Shown piece after piece: positions 47,501 through 61,300 of a stretch of DNA of 64,000 nucleotides. Each line of letters starts with the position of its first letter. The first letter of the stretch is position 1. The notes under the pieces are model-generated. The model saw nothing but the letters and a program-made list of their open reading frames with translations, did no database searches and was not told the DNA's origin. The position numbers and the translations under genes are program-made. Source of the DNA: Camelus dromedarius (taxonomy: Eukaryota); assembly GCF_036321535.1 (NCBI RefSeq), contig NC_087444.1, positions 36,952,001 through 37,016,000 of the forward strand, given 5' to 3'.

Positions 47501-50500
47501 ACACGGTGCCTGAACCCAGAGGACACATGGTTGGTAGGGAAGGAGACTCATGTCTAGGATGTGATAACGCTGTGTGAAAGGCCTCTGACAGGGGTATGCA
47601 TACAGGCTGGAGTGGATTGCGTAGCATTGCCTGGAGGAGTCCAGGAAGGCTTTCAAAAAAAAGCATTGTCTAATCTGAAACCTAAAGAGTGAGTAGGTGT
47701 TAGCCAGGAGAAAGCCCTATGAGCTCCATGGGCCTTGCACATAGTAGGCCCTTGAGAACTGATTGCTGAAGAAATGCATTGCTGCAGTGCAGGCCCTTGT
47801 GTGTGTCTCTGTGCCAGCACCCTGAGTGGGAGGTAGGAGGTTATGGGGTCTCCAAACATACTCCTGCCACCTCTTCTCCAGCCCTGACAGCTGTTCCCTT
47901 TGCCCCCAGCTAGAGGACTGTGCCCTGCAAGTGTCTCCATCTGGATACTACCTGGACCCTGAGCTGTCCCTGGAAGAGCAGCGGGAGATGCTGGAGGGCT
48001 TCTTTGAAGAGATCAGGTCAGAGCTGATGGGGCCAGGAAGGCAAGGCTGGCTCCCACTCTTGCCCCAGTGTTGGAGGGGCTGGCTCAGGTGTTAGCAGCC
48101 AAGACACCTGATCTCTAACCAGGGCTGTGGGTCACCTCCTGCTGCCCCAGGGAACTGTGCCAGGGGAATCCCAAGGCCTGACCACTGTTACCTGCTGCCT
48201 GGGATGGGAGTGGGGGCTCTCCCACATACCTGAGATGCCTGTGTTTGCACAAGCCCTCCCTGGACAACTCTTGGGCTTGGAGAAACAGTTGGAGAGGAAG
48301 GAACTGAGCCAGGGTTGGCATGTGGGGAGGTCTTTGGCTGCCTTGGCTGGAGGGGAGGGACCCTAAGGAGTGGACTGGGAGCTGCTGACTGGGCTACTTG
48401 ATTCCAGCAAAGGGCGGAAGCCTACTCTGATCTTGCGGACCCAGCTCTCCGTGAGGGTCAATGCCATCTTGGGTGAGTGTGTGAGGACATCACTGTCTGT
48501 CAACACTTCCCCCATATACACTGCCCCAGTTGGCGCAGTTTCTTTCAGGCCTGTTCTGGGCAGTCGACAGGACAGACAGGAGACAGGATGTGTGACCCCT
48601 CTCATTCCTATCGTGACCTCTCCTTCCAGGGCTGAGGCTGCTGCTGCTGCTAGACTGTGGTGGGGTTGCCCAGAGTCGGGGAGTGGAGGAGGAGGTGGGG
48701 GTTCAAAAGTACTAGCACACTAGCATATTCTTTGGTGGAGGGTTGTATCTGTGTCTCCTTGAGGTTTCCATACCCACCTACTCCTTGCAGAGAAGTTGTA
48801 TGGCTCCAGTGGCCCTGAGCTCCGCCGCTCCCTCTTCTCACTAAAGCAGATCTTCCAGGTGAGGCCCGGAGGTGGGCTGGGGGTGGGCATCCAGGCTGAG
48901 CCCCTCTAAACTCCCGCATGGTGCCCTCAGGAGGACAAGGACTTGGTGCCTGAGTTTGTGCATTCGGAGGGGCTGAGCTGCCTAATCCGTGTGGGTGCAG
49001 CTGCCGACCACAACTATCAGAGCTACATTCTCCGAGGTCAGCCCCATCCCTTCCCCATGACCCCTGCCTTCAGTAATCCTTTACTGACCTCTTCTTGTCG
49101 CTGTATCCTCAGCACTAGGCCAGCTAATGCTTTTTGTGGATGGGATGCTGGGTGTGGTGGCCCACAGTGAGACCGTGCAGTGGCTGTACACACTGTGTGC
49201 CAGCCTGGTAAGTGGCCCTCCACTCAGCCATGCACCCTTTCCCACTGCCTCTTTCTGGGCCTCAGTTTCCTCTTCTGCAATGTGGGCTAGAATGGAGTAA
49301 GTCTGTGGCCCCTCTAAGTGTGGAAGGCACTTCAACACCTGGGCCTAGAGCCAGGTCCTTCTGCCTAGACTCTCAACCCTGGTCCAGCCCCAGGAGCCCT
49401 TCCCCCTCCCCACCAGGAGCTAGCACAGATCTGGCCCAAGCCCCGCTCATATGTGGTGACCCCTCTCTCAGTCCCGCTTGGTGGTGAAGACAGCCCTGAA
49501 GCTCCTGCTGGTGTTTGTGGAATACTCTGAGAGCAACGCACCGCTGTTCATCTGCGCAGTCAACTCTGTGGCCAGCACCACGGGTCAGAGACTGTCCCTC
49601 CCTCCCCCACTGTTCAGAGTCCTCTTTCCTACTTGTCCCCACATGACTGCTCCCCTTTCTGTGTGGCAGGTGCTCTTCCATGGGCCAATCTGGTGTCCAT
49701 CCTGGAGGAGAAGAATGGTGCGGACCCTGAGTTGTTGGTGTATACTGTCACCCTCATCAACAAGGTCGGGTGGCCGGAGCAAGGGGAGAACTAAGCACCA
49801 ATTCTGAGCCCCTCAGGCTCCTGACTTCCTGTTCCCATCAGCTTTAGCCTTGCCCTTCTATCCTCACCCTCTAGACTCTGGCAGCGCTCCCGGACCAGGA
49901 CTCCTTCTACGACGTGACAGATGCACTGGAGCAGCAGGGCATGGAGGCACTGGTCCAGCGCCACTTGGGCACCGCTGGCACAGATGTCGATCTGCGCGCG
50001 CAGCTTGTGCTCTACGAGGTGGGCTGAACTGGCTGGGGCAGGACTGCTGGCGAGAGGAGGGGAGGGAGGGGAACGGGTGCAGATCAGTGCCCCATCCCAC
50101 CTACTTGGGCCTCAGCCGCTCCCATCTGGGCTCAACTCCGCTAGAATGCCCTGCGGTTGGAGGATGGAGACATGGAAGAAGCTTTCGCAGGTGGGCGGCG
50201 CACCACTCGCCGAAAGCCTTCTTCAGAGGAGGGCAAGAGAAGCCGACGATCTCTGGAAGTGCGCACCTCAGAGCCTGGGTAAGAGCTAAGGAGCCTTGGC
50301 AGATGGGAAGGAGCGGATCTGCCAGGAGTAGCCCTGCCTCCTGACAGGCCACGCCTCCAGCTCCACAGGCCCCGCCTCACCGATCGTCTCCACCTCCTCT
50401 ACCGGCCCTGCCCTGCTGTCAGGTACCGCCTCCAGCCTCATAGACTCCGCCCCACCTACAGGCCCCGCCTCCAGTCCCGGGGGCCAGGCCTCTGGCCTGC

Positions 50501-53500
50501 ATACCACTGTGAGCCTCTTTCCTACCATCTCCGTGGCGCCCTCATCCGACAGCTCCTGTGAGAGGAGTATCTACAAGTAAGCAGGGAGATAGAGGCTGTC
50601 CTGGGAGTTCTTTCTCCAACTGTCCCTCCGCTCTGCGCCCCTCCACGGGCCCTCCGCCTCCTCTGCCCAAACTTCTCTGCCCACACGCGTGCTTTCTCTC
50701 TCTTTCTTTCCAGACTTCACCAAACTGCTCCTGTTTGGTAAGTGACTGCTGGGGGGTGGGGTTCGGCTCCGACTGGACCTCCTCCTCCTGTGGCTTCTCT
50801 TCATCTCTTTCTGGCATTCTGCCTGTCTTTGCCAATGTCATCTGTTTCCCTACCCACTTCTGTCTTTCTGTCTGTGTCTGTCTGTCTCTCTCTCATTCTG
50901 CTCTTTTACTGCACTCTGTCTTGTGTCATGTCAGTCTCTCCCCTCCACTTCCACTTTCCTCACGTCTAGCCTCCCTCACCACCTCCTCTTCCCACTGTGC
51001 CTGGGAAGGAACCCCTAATATTACCACCCAGCTCTGTGTGGGTGTGAGCAACTGGGCTTTGGGGTGGAGCAGGCATCACAATTGCCAACTCTTCCTCTTG
51101 TCCCCCCCCACCCACCCAGGGCCCCTGAGAACCCACCTGTCCCCCAGTCCCCCACTGGGCAGGCCAGGCTGGAGTAAGTACAGAGGCCAGACTGCCAGGC
51201 CTGCCATGTGCTCAGGGCTTCAGCATTGCTTCCCCCAGCGGGGGTTATATGTGCCTGATGCAGCCAGAGCTGGGGGGCTCTCAGGCCCTGTTTCTCCCAG
51301 ACTGATGCCTCCTTGGTTACCCAGGAGCACTGGGAAGCAGTTCACTGGGGCCACAGAGGTTCCTGTGCTTCAATGGTGACAACTTAACAGCTTTGGCCAG
51401 CGATGAGGATGTTGACTCCCAACCTGGAGCTGATTCTCCTGTGTCCTCAGCCCAGGATTAGGGCTGGGAGGGAATCTAGGGTGCTGTGTGATGTGGAGGT
51501 GGAGGAGTAACTTCCAGCTAAGGGAATGATAAGGGACTGAGTGCCAACAGAGGCTGAAGAGGCCAAGAAGGAAACAGGATCACATTCATTGTTTTAACAT
51601 AAACTGAGTGCCTGTTGCTTACCAGGCCCTTTTTGGGCATAGACCATAGCTCTCAGAAGCTGCCAGACATGCCAAGGGAGGGACAGCATGGTGTGCCCAT
51701 TTGGACAGCTGTTCCCTTCCCCTGCTCTAAGGGTCCTTGTCTAGAATCAGAACAGCGAACATGAATAGCAGCACGATTGCAAATTAAATGTGAAGTAGAA
51801 CTTCTCCGCACATGTTGACCTGGGAATACTGGGTTGGTAGTGACCCTCCCCAGATGTGGAAGACTGAACAAGGAGAGGCTGGCCTTGCAGGGCAGGTCCT
51901 GGGTCTGCTCAGCGCATGGACTGTTCCCTGTGTGTCTGTGTGTGCCTGCAATTAGGGGCAGTGCCTAGGGGCCCAGCAAGGCATGTGCGCCACCCTGGGC
52001 TGGGGTGTGTCAGACACCCTCACTGACACGTGCCTTTCCCCAGAGCCCGGTTCCTGGAGAATGTAGCAGCAGCAGAAACAGAAAAGCAGGCTGCACTGGC
52101 CCAGGGCCGGGCAGAGACACTGGCTGGAGCTATGCCTGAAGAGGTCGATGGGCACCGAGGTGAGTAGGTGGGTGGGCAGAATTCACCTAGGTTGCCCTGT
52201 TGCTCCACAGAGGGCATGACACTGACAGCTTCTTCCACTTTTCTAGACACCCTTGAACTACAGGGCTCCCCAGAACCAGCCCCTGCACCCAGAACACCCC
52301 AGAGTGCTGCCCCCCGAATCCTGCTCCGGGCCCAGCAGTGCCTTGAGCCAGAGCCCAAGGAGACTTTGGCCCCACCAAGTCCCAAGACTGAGCCCATTCA
52401 GGAACTCCGTACCCATGTACCCAAGCTCTGCATTGGGGATCTGGACTTCTCAGATCTGGGGGAGGATGAAGACCAGGACATGCTGAATACAGAGTCTGTG
52501 GAGGCAGGGAAAGGGGTCCCACCCCCACCACCCCTGATCTCTGGAGGCCCCCCACCTCCTCCACCCCCACCTCCCCCACCCATCAAAAGCCCCTTCCCAC
52601 CACCTCCACCCCCAGTTGCCCCTCTTCCTCCTTCAGCACCTGATGGCCTAGCCCTCCCCACCAAGAGAAAGACAGTTAAACTCTTCTGGCGGGAGCTAAA
52701 GTTGGCTGGGGTCCATGGAGGCTCTGGGAGCCGCTTTGGGCCCTGCCCTACCCTGTGGGCCTCACTGGAGCCTGTCTCAGTGGATACAGCCCGGCTAGAA
52801 CACCTGTTCGAGTCTCGAGCCAAGGACGTGCTGCCTTCCAAGGTAATCACACCCTTATCCAGGGGAGAGGGGAGGAAATCAACTCAAGGGTCTGAGTGAG
52901 TGGGGCTGCCACTCATTTCCCACATGGGGAAACTGAGGCAAATAAAGGAGTAGGGGCTTGTCTGAGGTCCCTCAGTAAGGGATCAGCCCATCCCAAAGCC
53001 TTACACATCCCAGATCCCTGGTTGTGGAATGATCCCATGTGGCTACTGAGAATGGGGCCTTGGTTACCCTCTTAGATTGTTGCCATAGCTAGTCCCTTTC
53101 CCAGTCTTACACTGCCCTTCTCCCAACTTCAAAGAAAGCTGGTGAGGGCCGCCGCACAATGACCACAGTGCTGGACCCCAAGCGCAGCAACGCCATCAAC
53201 ATCGGCCTAACCACGCTGCCACCCGTGCACGTCATTAAGGCTGCCCTGCTCAACTTTGATGAGTTTGCTGTCAGCAAGGATGGCATTGAGGTAGGGATGG
53301 CCAGCTAGGGGTGTGGGAAATCTGGCCCTTTCCTTTGGTCATTGGGCATTTCCTGTCCCTCCAGTGGTGGGCATGGGCTTAGCATTTCTGCAGAGCAATC
53401 CCCAGACTCTGGGGCTCCCCCACATGACCTAGGGAGGAGTCAAGACCAATACCTGAAGCCTCAGGCCAGTGCTGAGTGGCTTATGTGGGGTGGCGGGTGC

Positions 53501-55678
53501 ATTCTCAGAAGCTACTGACCATGATGCCAACGGAGGAGGAGCAGCAGAAGATCGAGGAGGCCCAGCTGGCCAATCCTGACATACCCCTGGGCCCAGCTGA
53601 GAATTTCCTGATGACTCTCGCCTCCATCGGGGGCCTGGCGGCTCGCTTACAACTCTGGGCCTTCAAGCTGGATTATGACAGCATGGAGCGGGTACCTGGG
53701 TCATGGGGTGGGACAGGCAGTGGGACAGGAGAGCATAATGACCATGTAGTCTGAGTCCCTGGCTTCCCACACCAGGAAATTGCAGAGCCACTGTTTGACC
53801 TGAAGGTGGGCATGGAACAGCTGGTCCAAAATGCCACCTTCCGCTGCATCCTGGCCACTCTGCTGGCTGTGGGCAACTTCCTCAATGGCTCCCAGGTGAG
53901 TGAGAGCATGTAAGGGCAGGGGCTGGGGCTCTGGAGCCAACCAGGCCCAGGCTCAGATAGGGTCCTTTCAGAGCAGCGGCTTTGAGCTGAGCTACCTGGA
54001 GAAGGTGTCAGAGGTGAAGGACACGGTGCGCCGACAGTCACTGCTGCACCATCTCTGCTCCCTGGTGCTCCAGACCCGGCCTGATTCCTCCGACTTCTAC
54101 TCAGAAATTCCTGCCCTGACGCGCTGTGCCAAGGTCAGCACCTGCCAGAGGTTTGACTATGACTGGCCAATGGCATGAGGGAGCACTGCTTCTCCCTAAG
54201 TGGACTGCCATTCCAGTGCTTGCTCAGGCTACAGGTGTTCATGTGGGCTGTGTCCTCTGCCGTACATACTCTTTTCTCTATTGGCCTGGCTATACCTACT
54301 CAGTCTTTGGTCCTGTTTGGCTGCCACTTATCCCAAGAAACTTCTGTTACCCACTGCATCAGATGGACTTGCCTGTCTCCTGCAATAGACTGTGAGCTTT
54401 TGGAGGACAGGGGCCAGATCTTGGCTGTCTGTGTCCTCAGGACCCAGGCTGGCCAGCCTGGCACAGAGGCAGTCTCAGGCAGTGTCCTTCTGTAGGGGAA
54501 CAACATGTGTACCCTCTTCTTTTCCAGGTGGACTTTGAGCAGCTGACTGAGAACCTGGGGCAACTGGAGCACCGGAGTTGGGCAGCCGAGGAGAGCCTGC
54601 GGAGCTTGGCCAAGCACGAGCTGGCTCCAGCTCTCCGTGCCCGCCTCACCCACTTCCTGGCCCAGTGCACCCGCCGTGTTGCCATGCTGAGGGTCGTGCA
54701 CCGCCGTGTCTACAACAGGTGAGGTGTGGGCCAGAGAGAGAAGGGACTGCCACCACCATCCCTCAAACTCCAGGTAAGACTCACCATCCCTCCCCACCCC
54801 AACCTGCCTAGGTTCCATGCCTTCCTCCTGTACCTGGGGTACACGGCAGAGGCAGCCCGTGAGGTGCGCATCATGCAGTTCTGCCACACACTGCGGGAGT
54901 TCGCGCTGGAGTATCGGACTTGCTGGGACCGGGTGCTGCAGCAGCAGCAGAAGCGCGCCACATATCGTGAGCGCAACAAGACCCGGGGACGCATGATCAC
55001 TGAGGTGGGTGTCCCTTCCAGGTCTTGACTGATATCCCCACGGTTTTTTTCCCTCTACTCCCAACTCACCCTTTTCCCTTCTTCAGACAGAAAAGTTCTC
55101 AGGTGTGGCTGGGGAAACCCCCAGCAATTCATCTGTCCCAGTGGCTGTGAGCAGTGGGCCAGGACGGGGTGATGCTGATAGTCATGCCAGCATGAAGAGT
55201 CTGCTGACCAGCAAGCCTGAGGACACCACACATGGCCGCCGCAGCAGAGGTGGGACCTGGGGGCCACTGGGGGCAATGAGCTGGGGCCACCCTGGGCTGA
55301 CCTCCCTATCTGGCTCCCTCAGGCATGGTCCAGAGCAGCTCCCCAGTCATGGCTACAGCAGTGGGGCCCTCCACTGTGCCCCAAGAAGAATCTCTGGGCT
55401 CCAGTTTACCAAGTGACTCTTCAGATGAGATCATGGACTTGCTGGTGCAGTCAGTGACCAAGAGCAATCCTCGTGCCTTAGCTTCTCGAGAACGCAAGCG
55501 TTCCCGTGGCAACCGCAAGTCTTGTGAGTATTCCCCGCATGCCCACTGCCTGCCTTAACCCCATCACTCCCTCCAACCCTGCTCTGTCCTTGCAGTGAGA
55601 AGGACGTTGAAGAGTGGGCTTGGAGAAGATCTGGTACAGGCACTGGGACTGAGCAAGGGTCCTGGCCTCGAAGTGTGA
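40650..55678 (+). CDS. FHOD1: FH1/FH2 domain-containing protein 1 (formin), 1168 aa without and 1194 aa with the two cassette exons
   Basis: Exons 40650-40850, 47910-48016, 48408-48472, 48791-48858, 48931-49036, 49113-49207, 49472-49583, 49670-49764, 49875-50018, 50145-50278, 50361-50576, 52044-52159, 52247-52842, 53135-53290, 53509-53691, 53776-53895, 53972-54133, 54528-54718, 54812-55004, 55087-55249, 55323-55523, 55596-55678 (TGA). Total 3507 nt, in frame. [29 protein letters not shown] start, poly-Pro FH1, FH2 ([22 protein letters not shown]), DAD (MDLLVQSV) and basic tail [20 protein letters not shown]. Confidence 0.98.
44240..44380 (+). mobile_element. MIR SINE fragment
   Basis: gcctaaggcaaattcactgaatttttaagacttggtttcctcacctgtaaaag. 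Confidence 0.6.
44722..44951 (+). mobile_element. 5'-truncated L1 (artiodactyl/camelid-type 3' end) with target-site duplication
   Basis: L1 3'UTR (gcacagggaatatagccagtattttataataactttaaatggagtataatc...ttgtaaatcaactataccttaataaaaa) with A-rich tail; TSD AGAGAAAAGTG(G/A)GCTGG at 44705-44721 and 44952-44968. Confidence 0.85.
45938..46060 (-). mobile_element. Camelid-type tRNA-derived SINE (vic-1-like)
   Basis: Minus strand reads GGGGAGGGTATAGCACAGTGGTAGAGAGCATGCTTAGCATGCATGAGGGCCTGGGTTCCATCCCCAATATCTCCATTAAATAAATAAATC... with A/B boxes and A-rich tail; TSD CATGAATGTTT at 45927-45937 and 46061-46071. Confidence 0.85.
47390..47790 (-). mobile_element. L2 LINE 3' fragment
   Basis: ttcattagctcaacaaccatttagggagaacttactgtgtgccgagtgc is an antisense L2 tail. 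Confidence 0.65.
50714..50737 (+). CDS. FHOD1: FHOD1 24-nt cassette microexon (K)LHQTAPV(W)
   Basis: Long pyrimidine tract + CAG acceptor, GTAAGT donor, phase 2/2, frame-preserving; matches the start of the 26-aa insert of the longer human isoform as recalled. Confidence 0.85.
51120..51173 (+). CDS. FHOD1: FHOD1 54-nt cassette exon (W)[17 protein letters not shown](E)
   Basis: CAG acceptor, GTAAGT donor, phase 2/2. 24+54 = 78 nt, the size of the known FHOD1 insert. Confidence 0.85.
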
Positions 55679-55827
55679 AGGCCCTGCCTGCAGGACATGT
55701 ACTAGGCCCCAGCCTGCAATGCAGGAGACTACAGTGAAGAGGGACCAGAGGAGATTCTGGGCCTTTTCTCAAGGGCCACTCTGTGTCCAGTGGCCAGCGC
55801 CGTGAGCAGTATTAGCTATGTGTGCCT

Positions 55828-55834
<7 letters not shown>

Positions 55835-55860
<26 letters not shown>
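55835..55860. repeat. (TG)13 microsatellite in the FHOD1 3'UTR
   Basis: Directly visible between the stop codon (55678) and AATAAA (55896). Confidence 0.92.
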
Positions 55861-55864
<4 letters not shown>

Positions 55865-55895
55865 CATGTATGAGCTCCCTGGATGCATGGAGCAT

Positions 55896-55901
55896 AATAA
55901 A
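55896..55901 (+). terminator. FHOD1 poly(A) signal AATAAA
   Basis: Canonical hexamer about 220 nt after the TGA. Confidence 0.85.
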
Positions 55902-56042
55902 GTTTTCCTAGCCAATTCAAGAGCCTTTTTCTTCAAGGTACCCACCACGCTGGGTCTGTAGCAGAAGGAAAATACCAAGGACTGGCTCTCCCCACCTCTC
56001 TCTCATTATCACCCACACAGCCATTAGCCACATTCTGAGCCA

Positions 56043-56048
56043 TTTATT
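56043..56048 (-). terminator. TMEM208 poly(A) signal AATAAA (minus strand)
   Basis: TTTATT on plus, about 125 nt past the TAG. Confidence 0.85.
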
Positions 56049-56066
56049 CAACAATCCTATACTTTA

Positions 56067-58104
<2,038 letters not shown>

Positions 58105-58327
58105 GATGCGACTCAAATACCCAGCCGAGGAAAGAAGGGAGAGCGACCGAAACCGCAGTCAGTTAGGTACCACATCGGCAGCACAGACACTTCCGGTGCA
58201 GACCCAAATCGTCAGCAACTGGGACGGAAATGAAGGGTTCACTTCCTTCCCAAGCTCCGCCTACCAGGATCGGTGGGACTACACTTCCCAGAAAGCTTTG
58301 CGCGGGGGCGGAGGCGGCAGGGATGCG

Positions 58328-61300
58328 ATGGCGGAGTCGCTGCCCCTGGAGGTGAGAGGAGGTCGCCCTCAGGCCTAGCTCGGGACAGGCCCAACCTCGG
58401 GGTCCCGGGCTGTGGGGAGGGGCTGTCAGACAGCTCGCCCGGCCTCGCCCATCTGGCGGAAACCACCCGCCCGGGAGACCCCAGGACCTGCAGGCTATGG
58501 GTAATGGCCCCACTTTTGGGCCACTCCATCCCCTTAGCTTGGGGGACCATCCTCTCCTTCCCCATTGGCCCCAAGAGATGGTTGCTCTGTCACCTCAGCG
58601 AGAACAGGGCCTCTGCCTAGCCCCCTTCTCTTGAGATGGCCGCCCCTCCCCCCGCTCCATCCCATCATCTCCGCAGGGTAACCGATCTTACCCTTACTGG
58701 CCCCTTGGGATGGTCGTTCCATTCCTTTCCCGAGAGAGGCTGCCCCCTCCCCTGGCGGTGGGAGACAGACATCCCCCTCCCATCAACTCCAGGCATGATC
58801 TCTGGGTTCCTTCACCAAAGACAAGCCTGCTCCCCATTCCCTTGGCCCCTGATGATGGGGCCTACCACCTTATCTCCCATGGGGTGCTTGCTCCCTCTCC
58901 TTAGCCTGGGGCAAGACCTCTCTGCCACCATTGGCCAGAGAGAGATAACAGGTTTTGTCCCCAGTGGCCTCTTGAGATGGCCTCTCCATCCCTTTTGCCC
59001 ACAGAGTTGGCAGCCCTCTCCCACTGCCCATGGGAGACAGGTCACCCTTTCCCTATTGGCTCTTGGAATAGTGCTCCTTCCCTTTAGCAAAAACAGCACT
59101 GCTCCCACTTGGATGAACCCCCTGCGATGGCATCCTTTCCCTCTTTGGTCCCAGAGGATATCTGTTCCATCTTCATAGATCTGAGATGACCAGTCATATC
59201 TCCAATAGCTCTTTGGGATGGGGTTCATGGGATGGCCACTCCATCCTCATCACTGCCTGTTCTGGTCCTCTAGAAAGGCCTCCCCACTTCTCAGCTCAAA
59301 GAATCATGTTTTCTTCCCTCAGTGAGGACAGGTTTATGCCCTCCCTTTGCTCCTTTGGTTAGCTGCTGAGCCCCAGAAGACAGGATGGCCACTATCTTAT
59401 CTCTGCTCAGACAGGTTTTCCTACCTTCCCCTGGGGATAGAGGCTTGGTCAGTCTCAGTCGCCATCTGTGTTCTCTTCCCCATGCCTAGCCTCCCTGGTC
59501 TAGAGGCTGTTCTCCTCAGTCATTCTCCTCTCAGTAATGATCTTCTTTATCTTCTGACTACTTCCTTGTGCAAAGCTTTGGTGAAAATAGAAATAGAGGA
59601 CTTTGGTGAAAGTAGAGCTAAAGGACTGTCCATCATTAATTCGATCCAGTAAGTATTGGCTGAGTACCTTCTGTGTACTAGGGATCAGAGAAGGGAAGAA
59701 GAGATGAGAATGGACTGGTGAGGTCAAGATTAAAGAAAGGCATTCCAGGAAAAAGGTCCACATAGGCAAAAGGAAACAGACGTGCTGTGTTTGTAGGACA
59801 GTGAGGAGACTGTCTTGTGGAAGCTCTGGGATCGAGGGTACAATCAGACATGGAGACCTGGCAGTGCTGACCTGGGAGCAAAGATTTTGTCTTGAGGGTA
59901 CTGGGGAACCCTGATGGTTTTCATTAGGAGTGCACTGAGACTGAAAGCTGTCTTTTAGGGAAATTAACCATGTTGCAGTGTGCAGAATGGTTAGTAAGGC
60001 TGAGCCTGGAGGCAGGGAGATTGTGGAAAGAATTCAGGTCTGGGGTGATGAAGATCTGGGCTACTAAGTGGTAAGGTTTCAAAGGTAGAAATATTATTAA
60101 CAGCAACCTAGCAACCACTTACGGGAACATCTACTACATGTCAAGCATATCATGTCTATTAAATATACACGTATATATCATATCTATTACATATATATTA
60201 TATACAATATAATATATATACACACATATTTTACAGGTGTGCAAACTGATGTTCAAAGTGGTCAGGTACCCTGTCTGAGGTGACACAGGTCACACAGCTG
60301 GGAAGTAGTAGAGCTGAGATTTGAATGAGTCTAAGTTAGCCTGGCCTAAAGCCTATGCCTTACACCTGTGTCTGAGAGCAAGGGACAGAATCTTTAGGCG
60401 AGATGCACTGTTGGCACTGAAGCTCAGGGGCTGGAAAGCTGGGAGGAGGGGCTGCTTTGGACTGAGGTTGAGATGAAGGTGAGGGTAAAACATTTGGATG
60501 AAGGATCCTGTGGACAGTTGGCAAATACTAGACTAGCACATGTATGATAAAACAATATGGCGATATTGAATTGTTGGTTATTTCTACAGAGGTAACTGTT
60601 AAAGCCATGCAAATGAATTTACTGTCCTAGAAAGTAAACAGATTGAAAAATCCAGGTTTGAGCCCTGGGAGCCACAGAAGAATCCAGAAACAGGGTAAAT
60701 GGAGGGGTGAGTCGAACCCTAGAAAACACAGTGACACAGGCATCAAGGAGGGAAGATTCCAGAAAAAAAAAAAACATAGTTAATATCAGATCATTCCTGG
60801 TCTCACAGGCAACTCCATTCCCTAGTCCCTACTAGGGCCTCCAACCCCCATCCACCCCCAGTCTCATGGAGCTTAGGTGGAGTGAGGGCCAAAGCCTCCC
60901 AGACTGGGTTTGGCTGAGATCATATCTTAACAGCCAGCTGAGAAGGTGAGTTGGCAGTGAAGAAGGTGGGAAAAGATTACAGTCCCATTGTAGCTTCCTA
61001 AAGATCATAGAAGGAGCACCTGACTTACTATGTTCTAGATCCTACTCAAGACACTCTACCATGTTATTTAATTGTCAGAATAACCCATTTAAACCTCACT
61101 ACAATTGCCATTTTACAGACAAGGAAAACAAGGCTCAGAGAGGTCAGTTGACAGAATAAGGATTTGAACTAGGTTTACCTGGTCCCAATGCCCGGGCTGT
61201 TTTTATATCAAATTGAGCAGGAGGTTTGATTTTTATCAGTCAGTACAAGCCTGGATCCAGACAGTGCTCAGGAAAGATTTCACCTGGAGGCTAGAGACGG

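Noticed and set aside
50558-51379. 273-aa plus-strand ORF spanning the FHOD1 cassette exons
   Set aside because: Different frame from the cassettes; it runs through a CT-rich low-complexity tract that is naturally poor in stops.
52398-52850. Gly-rich minus-strand ORF (150 aa)
   Set aside because: Antisense reading of the FHOD1 poly-proline FH1 region.
54300-55064. 254-aa minus-strand ORF
   Set aside because: Antisense shadow of FHOD1 FH2 exons.
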